DNA from: an uncultured Acidobacteriota bacterium | Lineage (GTDB): Bacteria > Acidobacteriota > Vicinamibacteria > Vicinamibacterales > CAVVIG01 | DNA: 64,000 bases | Reading direction: 5' to 3' | NCBI GenBank assembly: GCA_963757355.1 | Contig: CAVWRG010000003.1 | Location: 1,541,120-1,605,119 of the forward strand | The notes under the pieces: generated by a model | Seen by the model: only the letters and a program-made list of their open reading frames with translations | Databases searched by the model: none | What the model was told of the DNA's origin: nothing | Translations under genes and position numbers: made by a program | Shown: piece by piece, positions 1 through 9,820 of the stretch | Position numbering within the stretch: the stretch's first letter is position 1 | Layout of the letters: each line of letters starts with the position of its first letter

Positions 1-1
1 A

Positions 2-166
2 GCGCAGAAGGCCGCCTCCGAGTTCAATCAGTTCCAGATGGGTGGACGCAGCCTCACCGTGAATGAAGCGCGACCCAAGCCCGAAGGCGGCTTCGGCGGC
101 GGCGGCGGCGGCTTCGGCGGCAATCGGGGCGGTGGCGGCGGCGGACGCCGCGAGCCGCGCTGGTAA
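2..166 (+). CDS. RNA-binding protein (RRM type), C-terminal fragment with Gly-rich tail; 5' end outside window
   Basis: Frame is open from the window edge: ..QFQMGGRSLTVNEARPKPEGGFGGGGGGFGGNRGGGGGGRREPRW, TAA at 164-166. GRxLxVNEARP followed by a Gly/Arg tail is the usual end of bacterial glycine-rich RRM proteins. Confidence 0.6.
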   Translation, partial: AQKAASEFNQFQMGGRSLTVNEARPKPEGGFGGGGGGFGGNRGGGGGGRREPRW

Positions 167-172
167 CGCGAT

Positions 173-421
173 ATGAAAGCGTGGACCAAAGGCGATCGCG
201 TCGTGCAGCCCACCTATGGGCCCGGGACGCTGGTCGAAGTCAACGAACATCACACCGTGATCGACTTCGACGAGCATGGCCGCCGTGTCTTCGCGACGCG
301 GCTCGTCGTGCTGCAGGCAACCAGTGAGCCTGCGCCCGCCAAGGCCGCGCGCAAGCGCGCGACCAAAGCGAAGCCGAAAGCCGAGAAGGCTGAAAAAGCC
401 GAAAAGGCTGAGAAGGCTTAA
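173..421 (+). CDS. small hypothetical protein with Lys/Ala/Glu-rich tail
   Basis: 82-aa ORF with strongly G/C-biased third codon positions. N-terminal KGDRVVQPTYGPGTLVEV.. segment, then a tail KAEKAEKAEKAEKA encoded by 9-bp repeats. No confident family assignment. Confidence 0.5.
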   Translation: MKAWTKGDRVVQPTYGPGTLVEVNEHHTVIDFDEHGRRVFATRLVVLQATSEPAPAKAARKRATKAKPKAEKAEKAEKAEKA

Positions 422-552
422 AGCGTCCTCCCGGCGTCGTGCCGGGAGCCAAAGCTGATGGTTATGGTTGAGGATCGAATCTAACCTCAACCACGACCAT
501 CGCCCTTCCTCTGACCCTAAGCCCCTATCTCCTGACTCCTGCTTCCTGTTTT

Positions 553-601
553 CTGAGCCCTGAGCCCTGAGCCCTGAGCCCTGAGCCCTGATCCCTGATC
601 T
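553..601. repeat. 7-bp tandem repeat (CTGAGCC)x5 + CTGATCC + CTGATCT
   Basis: Read directly. Seven head-to-tail heptamers ending about 30 bp upstream of the response-regulator start. Confidence 0.9.
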
Positions 602-633
602 TTACGCACGTCCTTTGCATGAGCCACGGGTTC

Positions 634-1320
634 ATGCGCATTCTGCTCGTCGAGGACGAACCGTCTGCCGCGCGGATGCTGGCGAAGGGACTGCGAGAGC
701 ACGCCTACGCCGTAGACGTCGTGCGCGATGGCCGCCAGGCGTCTGAACAACTCGCCGCTGCCACCTACGACATCGTCCTCCTGGACGTGATGCTGCCGAG
801 CCGGAGCGGCCTCGACGTCTGTCGCGAGCTTCGCCGCTCGGGATCGCTGATCCCGGTGCTGATGCTGACCGCCCGGCACGCCATCGACGACCGCGTGGCC
901 GGTTTCGACAGCGGCGCGGACGACTACCTCGTCAAGCCGTTCGATTTCCGCGAGCTGCTGGCGCGCGTGCGCGCGCTCGTGCGGCGGCGCGCGCTGCCGC
1001 TCCTGCCCGATCGCCTCGAGGCCGGTCCGATCGCGATCGACACACGCCACCGCGACGTGCAGATCGACGGCACGCCGATCGTGCTGACGGCGCGCGAGTA
1101 CGCGCTGCTGGAATTTTTCTGCCGCCGCACCGGGGACGTCGTCACCCGCGCGGAAATCGCGGAGCACGTCTGGGACGATCGCTACGACCCGCTGTCGAAC
1201 GTGATCGATGTGTACGTGCAGCGTCTGCGCCGCAAGATCGATCGTCCCGGACGCCAGTCGCTGATTCGTGCGTGGCGCGGCGCCGGGTATCAGTTCGTTC
1301 CCGAAGGAGCGGCCGTATGA
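634..1320 (+). CDS. OmpR/PhoB-family response regulator (pair 1)
   Basis: MRILLVEDEP.. receiver domain (LLDVMLP, ADDYLVKPF) plus winged-helix output (LTAREYALLEFF, DVYVQRLRRKID). An alternative ATG lies at 619. The paralog at 12700 starts directly at MRVLLVEDE. Confidence 0.9.
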   Translation: MRILLVEDEPSAARMLAKGLREHAYAVDVVRDGRQASEQLAAATYDIVLLDVMLPSRSGLDVCRELRRSGSLIPVLMLTARHAIDDRVAGFDSGADDYLVKPFDFRELLARVRALVRRRALPLLPDRLEAGPIAIDTRHRDVQIDGTPIVLTAREYALLEFFCRRTGDVVTRAEIAEHVWDDRYDPLSNVIDVYVQRLRRKIDRPGRQSLIRAWRGAGYQFVPEGAAV

Positions 1321-2753
1321 GCCTGACGATTCGGACAAGGTTGACGCTGTGGTACACGGTGCTGGTCGCCGCGCTGCTCGTCTGCTTCGCGGCTGGTGTG
1401 CTGGCGGTGCAGTCGCGCCTCAGCCGCGGCCAGTTCGACGCCGAACTTGACGGCGTCAGCCGAATGGTCGAGAGCGTGATTCGGGCGGAACTTGCGGAGA
1501 GCCACGACCTCGTACGTGCGGCGAAAGAGACCCGCAAGTCGGTCGACATTCCTGGACGTTCGATCGCGATCCTCGATGAAACGGGGCGTCCGCTCGCGGC
1601 GCACTGGCACGGGTTCCGGTCCACGCTGCTGCCGGCGTTTCAGGGCCGATCCTGGCTGGGCACCGTGACGGCAGACCGTCAAGCCTGGCGCGTGCACACC
1701 ACGCGCATGTCGTCCAGCGACGGCAACTACGTGATCGTGACCGCCGGATCGCTCGACCACCTCGCGCTCGAGCGGCGTCTGCTCGCATGGACGCTGCTGA
1801 TGTCGATGCCGCTCGCGGTGCTGCTGGCCGCCGCCGTCTGCTGGTGGGGAGCGTCGCGCGCGCTCCGCCCGGTGACGGCCATGGCCGCTCAGGCCGAAGC
1901 CATCACCTTGCAGTCGCTCGACGTCGATCTCGCGACCGGCGCGGCATCCGACGAAGTCGGGCAGCTCGCACGCGCGTTCAACCAATTGCTCGAGCGCCTG
2001 CGCACCGCGCTGCGGACCCAGCGGCAGTTCATGGCGGACGCGTCCCACGAGCTGCGGACGCCGATCTCCGTCGCGCGGACCGCCGCCGAAGTCACGCTGA
2101 ATCAGTCCGGCCGCGATGAGGATGACTATCGCGATGCGCTCCAGATCGTGGGCGAGCAGACCACGCGCCTCGGACGGATGGTGGAGGACATGCTGACGCT
2201 GGCCAGCGCGGATGCCGGCGGCTATCCCGTGCGCCGCTCGCCGCTGTATCTCGACGATGTCCTCGCCGACTGCGCGCGAAGCCTCAGCGTCATCGCGACG
2301 GCCCGCGAGGTACGGCTCGACGTGCGTGCCGATCTGGACGTGCTCGTTGATGCCGACGACGTGCTGATCCGCCAGCTGTTCACCAATCTGATCGAGAACG
2401 CGTTGAAGCACACGCCGGCTGGCGGTGCGGTCACTGCGTCGCTCAGCGCCGCACGATCCGCGGCAACGCTCATCGTCTCGGATACGGGCCCCGGCATCCC
2501 ACCAGCTGACCGCGCGCGCATCTTTGAACGATTCGTGCGGCTCGATCCTGCGCGCGACACCGGCGCGGGCGCGGGCCTCGGGCTGCCGATCGCGCGCTGG
2601 ATTGCGGAGGCGCACGGAGGCACCCTCAGTCTGCGGCAGAGTCCCTCTGGCGGCTGCGAATTCGTCGCGACGCTGCCGCTCATGGCGCGCGTCGAGACCG
2701 CCAGCGTGCCTGTGAGCTCCCGCTCTACGACTCGACCTGCGCCGGCGGCGTGA
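1317..2753 (+). CDS. sensor histidine kinase (HAMP-HisKA-HATPase), pair 1
   Basis: ATG 1317 overlaps the regulator stop (ATGA). Two hydrophobic segments, H-box FMADASHELRTPIS, N/G boxes ENALKHTP, DTGPGIP, GAGLGLPIARWIAEAHGG. Confidence 0.9.
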   Translation: MSLTIRTRLTLWYTVLVAALLVCFAAGVLAVQSRLSRGQFDAELDGVSRMVESVIRAELAESHDLVRAAKETRKSVDIPGRSIAILDETGRPLAAHWHGFRSTLLPAFQGRSWLGTVTADRQAWRVHTTRMSSSDGNYVIVTAGSLDHLALERRLLAWTLLMSMPLAVLLAAAVCWWGASRALRPVTAMAAQAEAITLQSLDVDLATGAASDEVGQLARAFNQLLERLRTALRTQRQFMADASHELRTPISVARTAAEVTLNQSGRDEDDYRDALQIVGEQTTRLGRMVEDMLTLASADAGGYPVRRSPLYLDDVLADCARSLSVIATAREVRLDVRADLDVLVDADDVLIRQLFTNLIENALKHTPAGGAVTASLSAARSAATLIVSDTGPGIPPADRARIFERFVRLDPARDTGAGAGLGLPIARWIAEAHGGTLSLRQSPSGGCEFVATLPLMARVETASVPVSSRSTTRPAPAA

Positions 2754-4302
2754 CTGCCGGTGTATGACGCATGGTCCGGAACAGCTCCACGGCGAGCGAC
2801 AGATAACGGACGCGCACGGCGCGGCTGAAGCCGAGCATGAACACGCCGATCGCATACGCCACTCCGGTGGCGCTCGCCTCCATCAACACCCCCCGCGTCG
2901 TCACGGGCGGCAGCAGGACGCGAAACAGGAGGCAGACGATGACGCCCACGCTTCCGCCGGCCACTGCAGGCCAGAGCGTTTCGGCCAGGCACGTGCGGAT
3001 CGGCAGCGCCACCGCGCGGCAGGCGCGTGGCAGCAGGACGCCGAGATGGCCCCAGGCGAGCGGCGTGAGTGTGCCGATCGCGACGCCGAGCAGGCCGATC
3101 CGGTGAACGAGAACCATGCTGACCGCCAGATTCACGACCGCTTCACCAACCCACACCCCGGCCAGCAGCTTGTGCGATCCGACGGCGATGACCACGTTGC
3201 TCGTGGCCGCCTGACTCACGACGATCACGCCGGCCACAGCGAGCGCGATGAACGGCGCGACGCTGCCGTCGAACTCCGGGCCCATCCAGCGGTGGATCAA
3301 CGGGCCGGCGAAGCCGACCAGGCAGACGGACGCGCCGACGACCAGCGTGATGGCGACGCGAGTCCCTTCGATCAGCGTCTGCCGCAGCGCCGCGACGTTG
3401 CCCTCGGCGCCGAATCCAATCGCGACGGAGAACAGCATCCCACTGAATTGATCGCAGAGCCGCCGCTGATATTCGGCAAGCCGCAGCGCCACCGTGTAGA
3501 CGGCGACCGCTGCCGTTCCCATCACCGCGCCGATCACGATGTTGTCGATGTTGAAGCTGATCTGCGACGCAATCTGGATGACGAACAGATACACGCTGAA
3601 GGTCGTGACTTCCCGCCAGTGTGTGCGGCTGAAGTACCGTGCGCGGATGCGCAGTTCGGGAAACACCCGCCGCGCCGTCCACGCGTAGCCGCCGTACCCC
3701 AGCACGTTGACGAAGGTCGTGATTCCGACGAGCATGACCAGGCCGTGTCCCTGCTCGAGCACGATGTAGGTCAACGCCGCGTTCGTCAGCACCGCGACGA
3801 TGGCGACGCTGTTGTTCAGCACGAATCCCTGCCGTGAGTTGGTGATCGCGCCGAACACGGTCATCGGAAATCCGAGGGCGACGCGGACGCCGATGATCGC
3901 CATCAGCGCCTGTGCCGTGCGGATGTCGGCCGGCGACAGATGCGGGAATCGCGGCACGACCCAGATGATCATTCCGCCAATCACTGCGCATGCGGCGAGC
4001 CCGATGGCGCCATACACGCACACGAAGGTGCTGGCGATGCGGTTGACCCCGTCGATGTCTCCGCGCCGGTCCGCCGCGACGATGTGGCGGACGATGCCGT
4101 TGCCGTAGCCCATGTCGAGGAGTTGGAAGTAGTAGGTCATCGACGCCACGAGCATCCACAGGCCGTACTCGGCCTGACCCAGATGGTGCACGGTGAACGG
4201 CATCAGGAAGATGCCGGTGCCGATGTTGAACGCGAGGAGCAGGTACTTGGTGAAGGTTCCCGCGATGAGGTTGTTCGCAGCGGAGCTGACGTCGGAGTTC
4301 AC
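2725..4302 (-). CDS. polysaccharide/oligosaccharide flippase (MOP/Wzx-like multi-pass membrane protein)
   Basis: More than 10 hydrophobic segments. N-terminal TKYLLLAFNIGTGIFLMPFTVHHLGQAEYGLWML is typical of Wzx/MOP flippases. GTG 4302 is chosen because the 37 codons upstream are Arg-rich and would leave no promoter space before the divergent gene. The maximal ORF reaches 4413. Confidence 0.75.
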   Translation of the reverse strand: MNSDVSSAANNLIAGTFTKYLLLAFNIGTGIFLMPFTVHHLGQAEYGLWMLVASMTYYFQLLDMGYGNGIVRHIVAADRRGDIDGVNRIASTFVCVYGAIGLAACAVIGGMIIWVVPRFPHLSPADIRTAQALMAIIGVRVALGFPMTVFGAITNSRQGFVLNNSVAIVAVLTNAALTYIVLEQGHGLVMLVGITTFVNVLGYGGYAWTARRVFPELRIRARYFSRTHWREVTTFSVYLFVIQIASQISFNIDNIVIGAVMGTAAVAVYTVALRLAEYQRRLCDQFSGMLFSVAIGFGAEGNVAALRQTLIEGTRVAITLVVGASVCLVGFAGPLIHRWMGPEFDGSVAPFIALAVAGVIVVSQAATSNVVIAVGSHKLLAGVWVGEAVVNLAVSMVLVHRIGLLGVAIGTLTPLAWGHLGVLLPRACRAVALPIRTCLAETLWPAVAGGSVGVIVCLLFRVLLPPVTTRGVLMEASATGVAYAIGVFMLGFSRAVRVRYLSLAVELFRTMRHTPAVTPPAQVES

Positions 4303-4416
4303 GCTTCGAACGTAGCAAGAGTCGTGCTCGACTGTTCCTGAGCGTGAGCGGAACGGTCGCGCTTGGCATCGCTGGCGGCGGATCGGTCGTTGCGTTACGC
4401 TGTGTGACGCCATTCC

Positions 4417-5496
4417 ATGGATGAATTTTCAGTGAACTCGACACAGAGTCAGTCTCCGATGGCCTCGATGATGGTGCGGGATTGCCCAGCGTTCGACGTC
4501 GCCGTGATCGTGCCGACCTTCAATCGCGCGGCCTCGCTGATGTGTTTGCTCGACAGCCTCTGTCAGCAGCGCACCGATCAACTGCGCTATGAGGTCCTGA
4601 TCGTCGACAACGGCTCGGCCGATCGGACCTGCGAACTGGTCGCGGAATACGGTCGTCAGTTTCCGTTTGTGCGCTGTCTCCGGGAAGCTCGGCCGGGCGC
4701 GTCCAGCGCCAGGAACCACGGCATCCTGGCTGCGAACGCCCGCATCCTGGCCTTCATCGACGACGACGTCCGCGCCGCGCCGGATTGGATTGCCACGATC
4801 GTCCGCACCTTCGATCAGCACCCGGAGATCGACTGTCTGGGCGGACGGGTCGAGCCGCTCTGGCCGCGCAGGCCGCCGGCGTGGCTCACGCCGTCGCACT
4901 GGGGTCCGTTGGCCCTGCAGATGGGCCGCGGCACGTCGCCGTACATCGACGCGGAGCACGCATCCGCCTGTCTGGTGACGGCGAACTTCGCCTGCCGCGC
5001 GGAAGTCTTTCAGGAGGTCGGCCTGTTTTCACCGGAGTTCCTGCGCGACGAAGATCGCGAGTTGAACATGCGGTTGTGGGCCGCCGGCAAGCGCGGGAAG
5101 TACGAGGACGCCGTCGTCGCGTTCGCCGAAGTGCAGCCGGAGCGGCTCGAGAAGAGTTATCACCGCCGGTGGCACGCAGTCACCGGCGGGTCCCACGCGC
5201 GACTGCGCTATCGGGAGGCGATCGACCGCGACGGCAGGCTGCGCGTGCCGGCCGACATTCCTGGCCGTTCGTTTCTGGGGTCGCCCGCGTTCCTCTATCG
5301 CGAGCTGCTCTATCACGCGCGTCAGTGGGTGCTGAGAGTCGCCCGGGCGCGGTGGAACGATGCGTTCATCCACGAGTGCCGCATGCGATACCTGGTCAGC
5401 TATCTGACGACGCGGTGGCGCACGACCCGCGGAGATCGCGCGACCAGCCGTCAGACGGCGGGCGAACGGCGAAACCTCAGCCGATCGGCAAGATAG
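4417..5496 (+). CDS. glycosyltransferase family 2
   Basis: GT-A motifs VAVIVPTFNR, LIVDNGSADRT and FIDDDV (DxD). An alternative ATG lies at 4459. The 3' end overlaps the convergent RND gene by 46 bp. Confidence 0.85.
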   Translation: MDEFSVNSTQSQSPMASMMVRDCPAFDVAVIVPTFNRAASLMCLLDSLCQQRTDQLRYEVLIVDNGSADRTCELVAEYGRQFPFVRCLREARPGASSARNHGILAANARILAFIDDDVRAAPDWIATIVRTFDQHPEIDCLGGRVEPLWPRRPPAWLTPSHWGPLALQMGRGTSPYIDAEHASACLVTANFACRAEVFQEVGLFSPEFLRDEDRELNMRLWAAGKRGKYEDAVVAFAEVQPERLEKSYHRRWHAVTGGSHARLRYREAIDRDGRLRVPADIPGRSFLGSPAFLYRELLYHARQWVLRVARARWNDAFIHECRMRYLVSYLTTRWRTTRGDRATSRQTAGERRNLSRSAR

Positions 5497-8400
5497 TAGT
5501 GGACCGCCGGCGTAATCACGAGCGACAGCACCATCGACGCGACGATGCCGCCGATCACCGCGATCGCGAGCGGCTGGAGCATCTGCGATCCGGCGCCCCA
5601 TGCGAGGGCGAGCGGAATCATGCCGGCGACCGTGGCCAGCGCCGTCATCATGATCGGTCGCAGCCGGCGTTCGCCGGCGTGAATCATGCTGTCTTCGGCC
5701 GACATCCCTTCTGCTCTGAACCGCTGATCGGCGTCGAGCAGCAGAATGCCGTTCTTCGCCACGATGCCGATGACCATGATGAGGCCCATGAACGACGAGA
5801 GATTGAACGTGGTGCCGGTGACCAGGAGCGCCAGGAACACGCCGACCGTGGACAGCAGCGCGGACGCCACCACCGCGACCGGGGCGGCGAAGCTGCCGAA
5901 TTCGAACAGCAGCACGGTGAAGACGAGCAGCACGGCGAGAATGAGCACGATGACGAGGTCGTGAAACGATTGCTGCTGTTCCTGGTACGCGCCGCCGTAC
6001 TCGACGCGAATCGCCGGCGGCAGATTCAGTTCCGCGATCGCGCGCTGCGCAGCCGCGACGCCTGACCCGAGGTCCATGCCCTCCAGCCGAGCGGTCACCG
6101 TCACGTTGCGCTGCAGGTTCTCGCGGCGCACTTCGGTCTGGCCGGGAATCTCCTCGACCGCCGACAGCGACCCCAGCGTGCCGGTGTGTCCGCTGGCGCT
6201 GACCAGGAGCGTGTTCTTGATCGCGTCCACGGAGCTGCGCGTGGACTCGGGGAACCGCACCCGAATCGTGTACGCGCGATCGTTCAGCACCACCGGGGTC
6301 GGCGCCGGCTCGCCCTGCATGATGGCGCTCGCATCGAGCTCGATTTCCTGAGGCGTGAATCCCGCGCGCGCCGCCATCGCAGCGTCGACCCTGAATGTCG
6401 TCGCCGGACCGCTGATGGTGTTCTCGATGCCGTCGAGGACGTCGACGATGCCGGGCAGCTTCTTGATCGCCGCGCCGACGCGCGGCGCCCACGTGGCGAG
6501 CAGCGCCGGGTCCTGCGCGAAGAGCTTGATGGCGATCGGCTCCGGGGCGTTCGTCAGATCGCCGATCATGTCCTGCAGCAGCTGGACGAACTCCACGTCG
6601 AGCATCGGCACCTGTTTGTTGATCTTCTCGCGGACCTCCGCAATCACCTCGTCGCCGGCGCGATCGCGCTTGCGCTTCAACTTGACCGCGATGTCGCCCG
6701 TGTTCGCTTCCGTGACCGTGGCGAAGCCGAGCTGCAGGCCCGTCCGGCGCGACGTGCTCTCGACCTCCGGCGTCGAGCGCAGGATCTGCTCGACCGTCGT
6801 GATCACACGGTTCGTCTCGGCGAGCGACGATCCGGCCGGCATGATGTAGTCCACGATGAAGCCGCCCTCGTCCATCTCGGGCAGCAGATCGGATCCGAGA
6901 AATCGATACGCGCCGTACGCGCACAGAACGACGAGGAGGCTGCCGGCGACGAGCAGCAGCGGACGTTCGAGCGTCGCGCGCAGTACGCGCTCGTAGACGC
7001 GCATCACGCGCGGCGATACGCCGCCGTGTCCCTCGCCCTCGGGGCGCGGGCGTTTCCGGTCGCGGATGAAGAAATGGCTGAGCGTCGGCGTCCACGTGAG
7101 CGCGAGCCCGAGCGACGTGAGCAGCGCGACGCCGACCGTGATCGCCAGCGCTTTGAAGAACGTGCCGGTGACGCCGGTGATCGAGATCAGCGGCAGGAAG
7201 ACGACGATTGGCGTGATCGTCGACCCGATGAGCGGCACGCGGATCTCTTCGATCGCCTTGCGAATGGCCTCTCCGCGCGTCTCTCCCGCGTCGCGATGCG
7301 CCACGATGTTCTCGACGACGACAATCGCATCGTCGATGACGAGGCCGACGGCGGCGGCGAGGCCGCCGAGCGTCATCAGGTTGAAGCTTTCACCGATCAG
7401 GCGCAGGGCGATGAACGTGATGGCCAGGGTCGCGGGAATGACCAGGCCGGCGACGAGCGACGTGCCCCAGTCGCGCAGGAAGAGCACCATGATCAACGAT
7501 GCGAGGATCACGCCGATGATCACGGCGTCGCGGACGCTGCTGATCGAGTCGTTGACGATATCCGACTGGTCGTAAAAGGGTTGGAGCTCGACGCCTTTCG
7601 GCAGCTCGTGCCGGATGCGGTCCACTTCGGTGTGAACGGCGTCGGCCACGATCACGGTGTTGCTGTTCGGCTGGCGGAACACGTTGAGGAGCACAGCCGG
7701 CTTCGTGTTCGCCGTGACCATCGTGTAGACCGGCTTGATCGACGGCGAGACGGTCGCAATATCGCCGACGCGAATGGGCGCGCCGAGCGGCGTGGTTTTC
7801 ACAACGATGTTGGAGATGTCCTCCTCGCTGCGGGCCTGGCCGCTCACGAGGCTGAGCACGAGCTGATGGTTGTTCTCGAACAGCCCGGGCGAGTCGATGA
7901 GGTTGCTGCGGCCGATCGCGTCGAGCACCGTCGGGACGTTCGTGGCCGTCTGCAGCAGCTTGGCGGGGTCGACCTGCACCTCGAACTCCGGCTCCTGGCC
8001 GCCTTGCACGACGATCGTCGACACGCCGCTCATGCGATTGAGACGCGGCTTCAACGTGTACGTCGCCAGTTCCCAGAGCTTCGTCTGCGGTACCGTGTCC
8101 GACGTGAGGCTGTAGCCCATCACGGGAAACGCCGCGAACGTCATCCGGTTGGCGGTGATCTTCGCGGTCGGCGGCAGCGATCCTTGCACGCTCGCGAGCG
8201 CGGCGTTCACGTACTGCAGGGTCTGAAACATATCGACCTGCCACGAGAAGAACAGGTCGATTTCCACGGAGCCGCGGCTGGTGATCGAGCGCACATTCTC
8301 GAGGCCCCGCACGGAGTTCAGCGCCTCTTCGAGCGGGCGCGTGACGGTGACCTGCATCTGATCGATCGGCGCCACGCCGTTGTCCACGCCGACGATGATG

Positions 8401-8531
8401 CGCGGGAAGTCGACCTCCGGAAAGACGGCCACCGGCACCGTCGTCGCGAGATACACGCCGGCGGCGACGAGCGTGAGGATGACGAAGATGATCGGCTTGC
8501 CGTGGCGTGCGGTCCAGTGCTCGGCCGCCAT
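5451..8531 (-). CDS. efflux RND transporter permease (AcrB/CzcA superfamily)
   Basis: 1026 aa with 12-TM topology and two large periplasmic loops. Characteristic N-terminus ..IIFVILTLVAAGVYLATTVPVAVFPEVDFPRI and C-terminal TM bundle. Confidence 0.95.
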   Translation of the reverse strand: MAAEHWTARHGKPIIFVILTLVAAGVYLATTVPVAVFPEVDFPRIIVGVDNGVAPIDQMQVTVTRPLEEALNSVRGLENVRSITSRGSVEIDLFFSWQVDMFQTLQYVNAALASVQGSLPPTAKITANRMTFAAFPVMGYSLTSDTVPQTKLWELATYTLKPRLNRMSGVSTIVVQGGQEPEFEVQVDPAKLLQTATNVPTVLDAIGRSNLIDSPGLFENNHQLVLSLVSGQARSEEDISNIVVKTTPLGAPIRVGDIATVSPSIKPVYTMVTANTKPAVLLNVFRQPNSNTVIVADAVHTEVDRIRHELPKGVELQPFYDQSDIVNDSISSVRDAVIIGVILASLIMVLFLRDWGTSLVAGLVIPATLAITFIALRLIGESFNLMTLGGLAAAVGLVIDDAIVVVENIVAHRDAGETRGEAIRKAIEEIRVPLIGSTITPIVVFLPLISITGVTGTFFKALAITVGVALLTSLGLALTWTPTLSHFFIRDRKRPRPEGEGHGGVSPRVMRVYERVLRATLERPLLLVAGSLLVVLCAYGAYRFLGSDLLPEMDEGGFIVDYIMPAGSSLAETNRVITTVEQILRSTPEVESTSRRTGLQLGFATVTEANTGDIAVKLKRKRDRAGDEVIAEVREKINKQVPMLDVEFVQLLQDMIGDLTNAPEPIAIKLFAQDPALLATWAPRVGAAIKKLPGIVDVLDGIENTISGPATTFRVDAAMAARAGFTPQEIELDASAIMQGEPAPTPVVLNDRAYTIRVRFPESTRSSVDAIKNTLLVSASGHTGTLGSLSAVEEIPGQTEVRRENLQRNVTVTARLEGMDLGSGVAAAQRAIAELNLPPAIRVEYGGAYQEQQQSFHDLVIVLILAVLLVFTVLLFEFGSFAAPVAVVASALLSTVGVFLALLVTGTTFNLSSFMGLIMVIGIVAKNGILLLDADQRFRAEGMSAEDSMIHAGERRLRPIMMTALATVAGMIPLALAWGAGSQMLQPLAIAVIGGIVASMVLSLVITPAVHYYLADRLRFRRSPAV

Positions 8532-9817
8532 CAGTTTCCGCCCCCCTTTTCGTCTTCGTCCTTCTCTTCCTCTTCACCGGCCGCCTTTTCGCCCGGCTTC
8601 ATCACGTGCACTTTGGCTTTGTCGTCGAGCCCGAGTCCGCCGACGGTGATCACGCGCTCTCCCGGCTCGAGGCCGCTCACGACTTGCACCATCTCGGGCT
8701 CGCGGACGCCGATCTCCACGGTCTTCTGGTGCGCGATCTCCTTGTCGTCGACGACGAGCACCATCGTGCCGCCCTCTTCGCTCGGCAGGATCGCCGATGC
8801 CGGAATCACCGTCGCGCCGTCGATTGTCGCGGCGACAATCGCCACGTGCACGGCCTGGCCGGCGCGCAGCCGCGCGTCGGGATTGTCGGCCTGCACCCAG
8901 ACCTGCACGGTGGTGCTGTTCAGATCGGTTGCGGGGCTGACGATCGTGACCTTGCCGGTCACCGGCTCACTGCCGTCGGACGGGGTGATCGTCGCCTCGG
9001 CGCCGACCTTGATGTTCTTCGCCTGGTTCTGCCCCAGATTCACGCGCGCGACGATCGCTGACACGTCCATGACGGTCAGAAGGGGCGCGCCCGCATTCGC
9101 CATCTCGCCGGCATAGAGAGGCCGATCGGTGATGACGCCGGCGATCGGACTGCGGATCTCCGAGTAGCTCACCTGCGCCTGTGCATTCCCGTAATGCCCT
9201 TTTGCCGCGTCGACCTGCGCCGCGGCAGTCTTGATCTGCTCCTGCTTGCCGACCGATTGCAGCGACTTCAGGTGCTGATCGGCCGTGTCGAACTGGCTCT
9301 TGGCCTGCGCGTATGCGACCTGCGCTTCGTCCACGGTCTTGCGCGCGGTCGCTCCTTCCTTGAACAGCTGCTGCCGGCTCTCCAGCAGCTTGTGCGCCGC
9401 GTCGAGTGCTTCACGCGCGGCATCGAGCTCGGTCTGCGCCTTCGTCACCTGCTCGGGGACGGCGGCGTCCGCGGTGGCGCGATAATTCGATTCCGCCTGC
9501 GCGAACTGGCCGCGGCTTTCCTGCGCCGCCGCGACGAGGTCGCGGTTCTCCAGCTCGGCGAGCAGCTGGCCCCTTTTCACGCGATCGCTGCGATTGACCA
9601 GAAAGCGGCGGATCGGCGCGCTGATCTTCGGCGTGAGGTTGGCCTGATCGCGCGGAAAGAGCACCGCGTCGGCCGTGATGATCTCGCGAATGCTGCCGCG
9701 AATGGCGGGGGCGACCTTCACCGGCGCGACCGGTTTGGTTTCCGCCTCCTTCTTTCCACACGCGACGAGCGTGACGCCGAGCGCCGCGCAGCAAGTGATG
9801 CGAATGATTGTGCGCAT
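8531..9817 (-). CDS. efflux RND periplasmic adaptor (membrane fusion protein)
   Basis: Lipoprotein-type signal (AALGVTLVACGKK), coiled-coil hairpin and beta-barrel segments (GQAVHVAIVAA..). Its stop abuts the RND start. Unusually acidic tail EEEEKDEDEKGGGN. Confidence 0.9.
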   Translation of the reverse strand: MRTIIRITCCAALGVTLVACGKKEAETKPVAPVKVAPAIRGSIREIITADAVLFPRDQANLTPKISAPIRRFLVNRSDRVKRGQLLAELENRDLVAAAQESRGQFAQAESNYRATADAAVPEQVTKAQTELDAAREALDAAHKLLESRQQLFKEGATARKTVDEAQVAYAQAKSQFDTADQHLKSLQSVGKQEQIKTAAAQVDAAKGHYGNAQAQVSYSEIRSPIAGVITDRPLYAGEMANAGAPLLTVMDVSAIVARVNLGQNQAKNIKVGAEATITPSDGSEPVTGKVTIVSPATDLNSTTVQVWVQADNPDARLRAGQAVHVAIVAATIDGATVIPASAILPSEEGGTMVLVVDDKEIAHQKTVEIGVREPEMVQVVSGLEPGERVITVGGLGLDDKAKVHVMKPGEKAAGEEEEKDEDEKGGGN

Positions 9818-9820
9818 AAG

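Noticed and set aside
28-213. 61-aa proline-rich minus-strand ORF (..PPPPPPRLPPKPPPPPPKPP..).
   Set aside because: It is simply the reverse complement of the GGC-rich Gly tail of the RRM protein.
1290-2855. 521-aa minus-strand ORF antisense to the first histidine kinase. Similar long ORFs occur at 5029-7095, 6186-9116, 9194-11194, 9411-11207, 21014-22612, 36996-39029 and 48179-50101.
   Set aside because: They are Arg/Ala/Gly/Pro-rich with no recognisable motifs. Each lies opposite to, or out of frame with, an ORF that has unmistakable family signatures. This is the typical stop-codon-poor shadow ORF of high-GC DNA.
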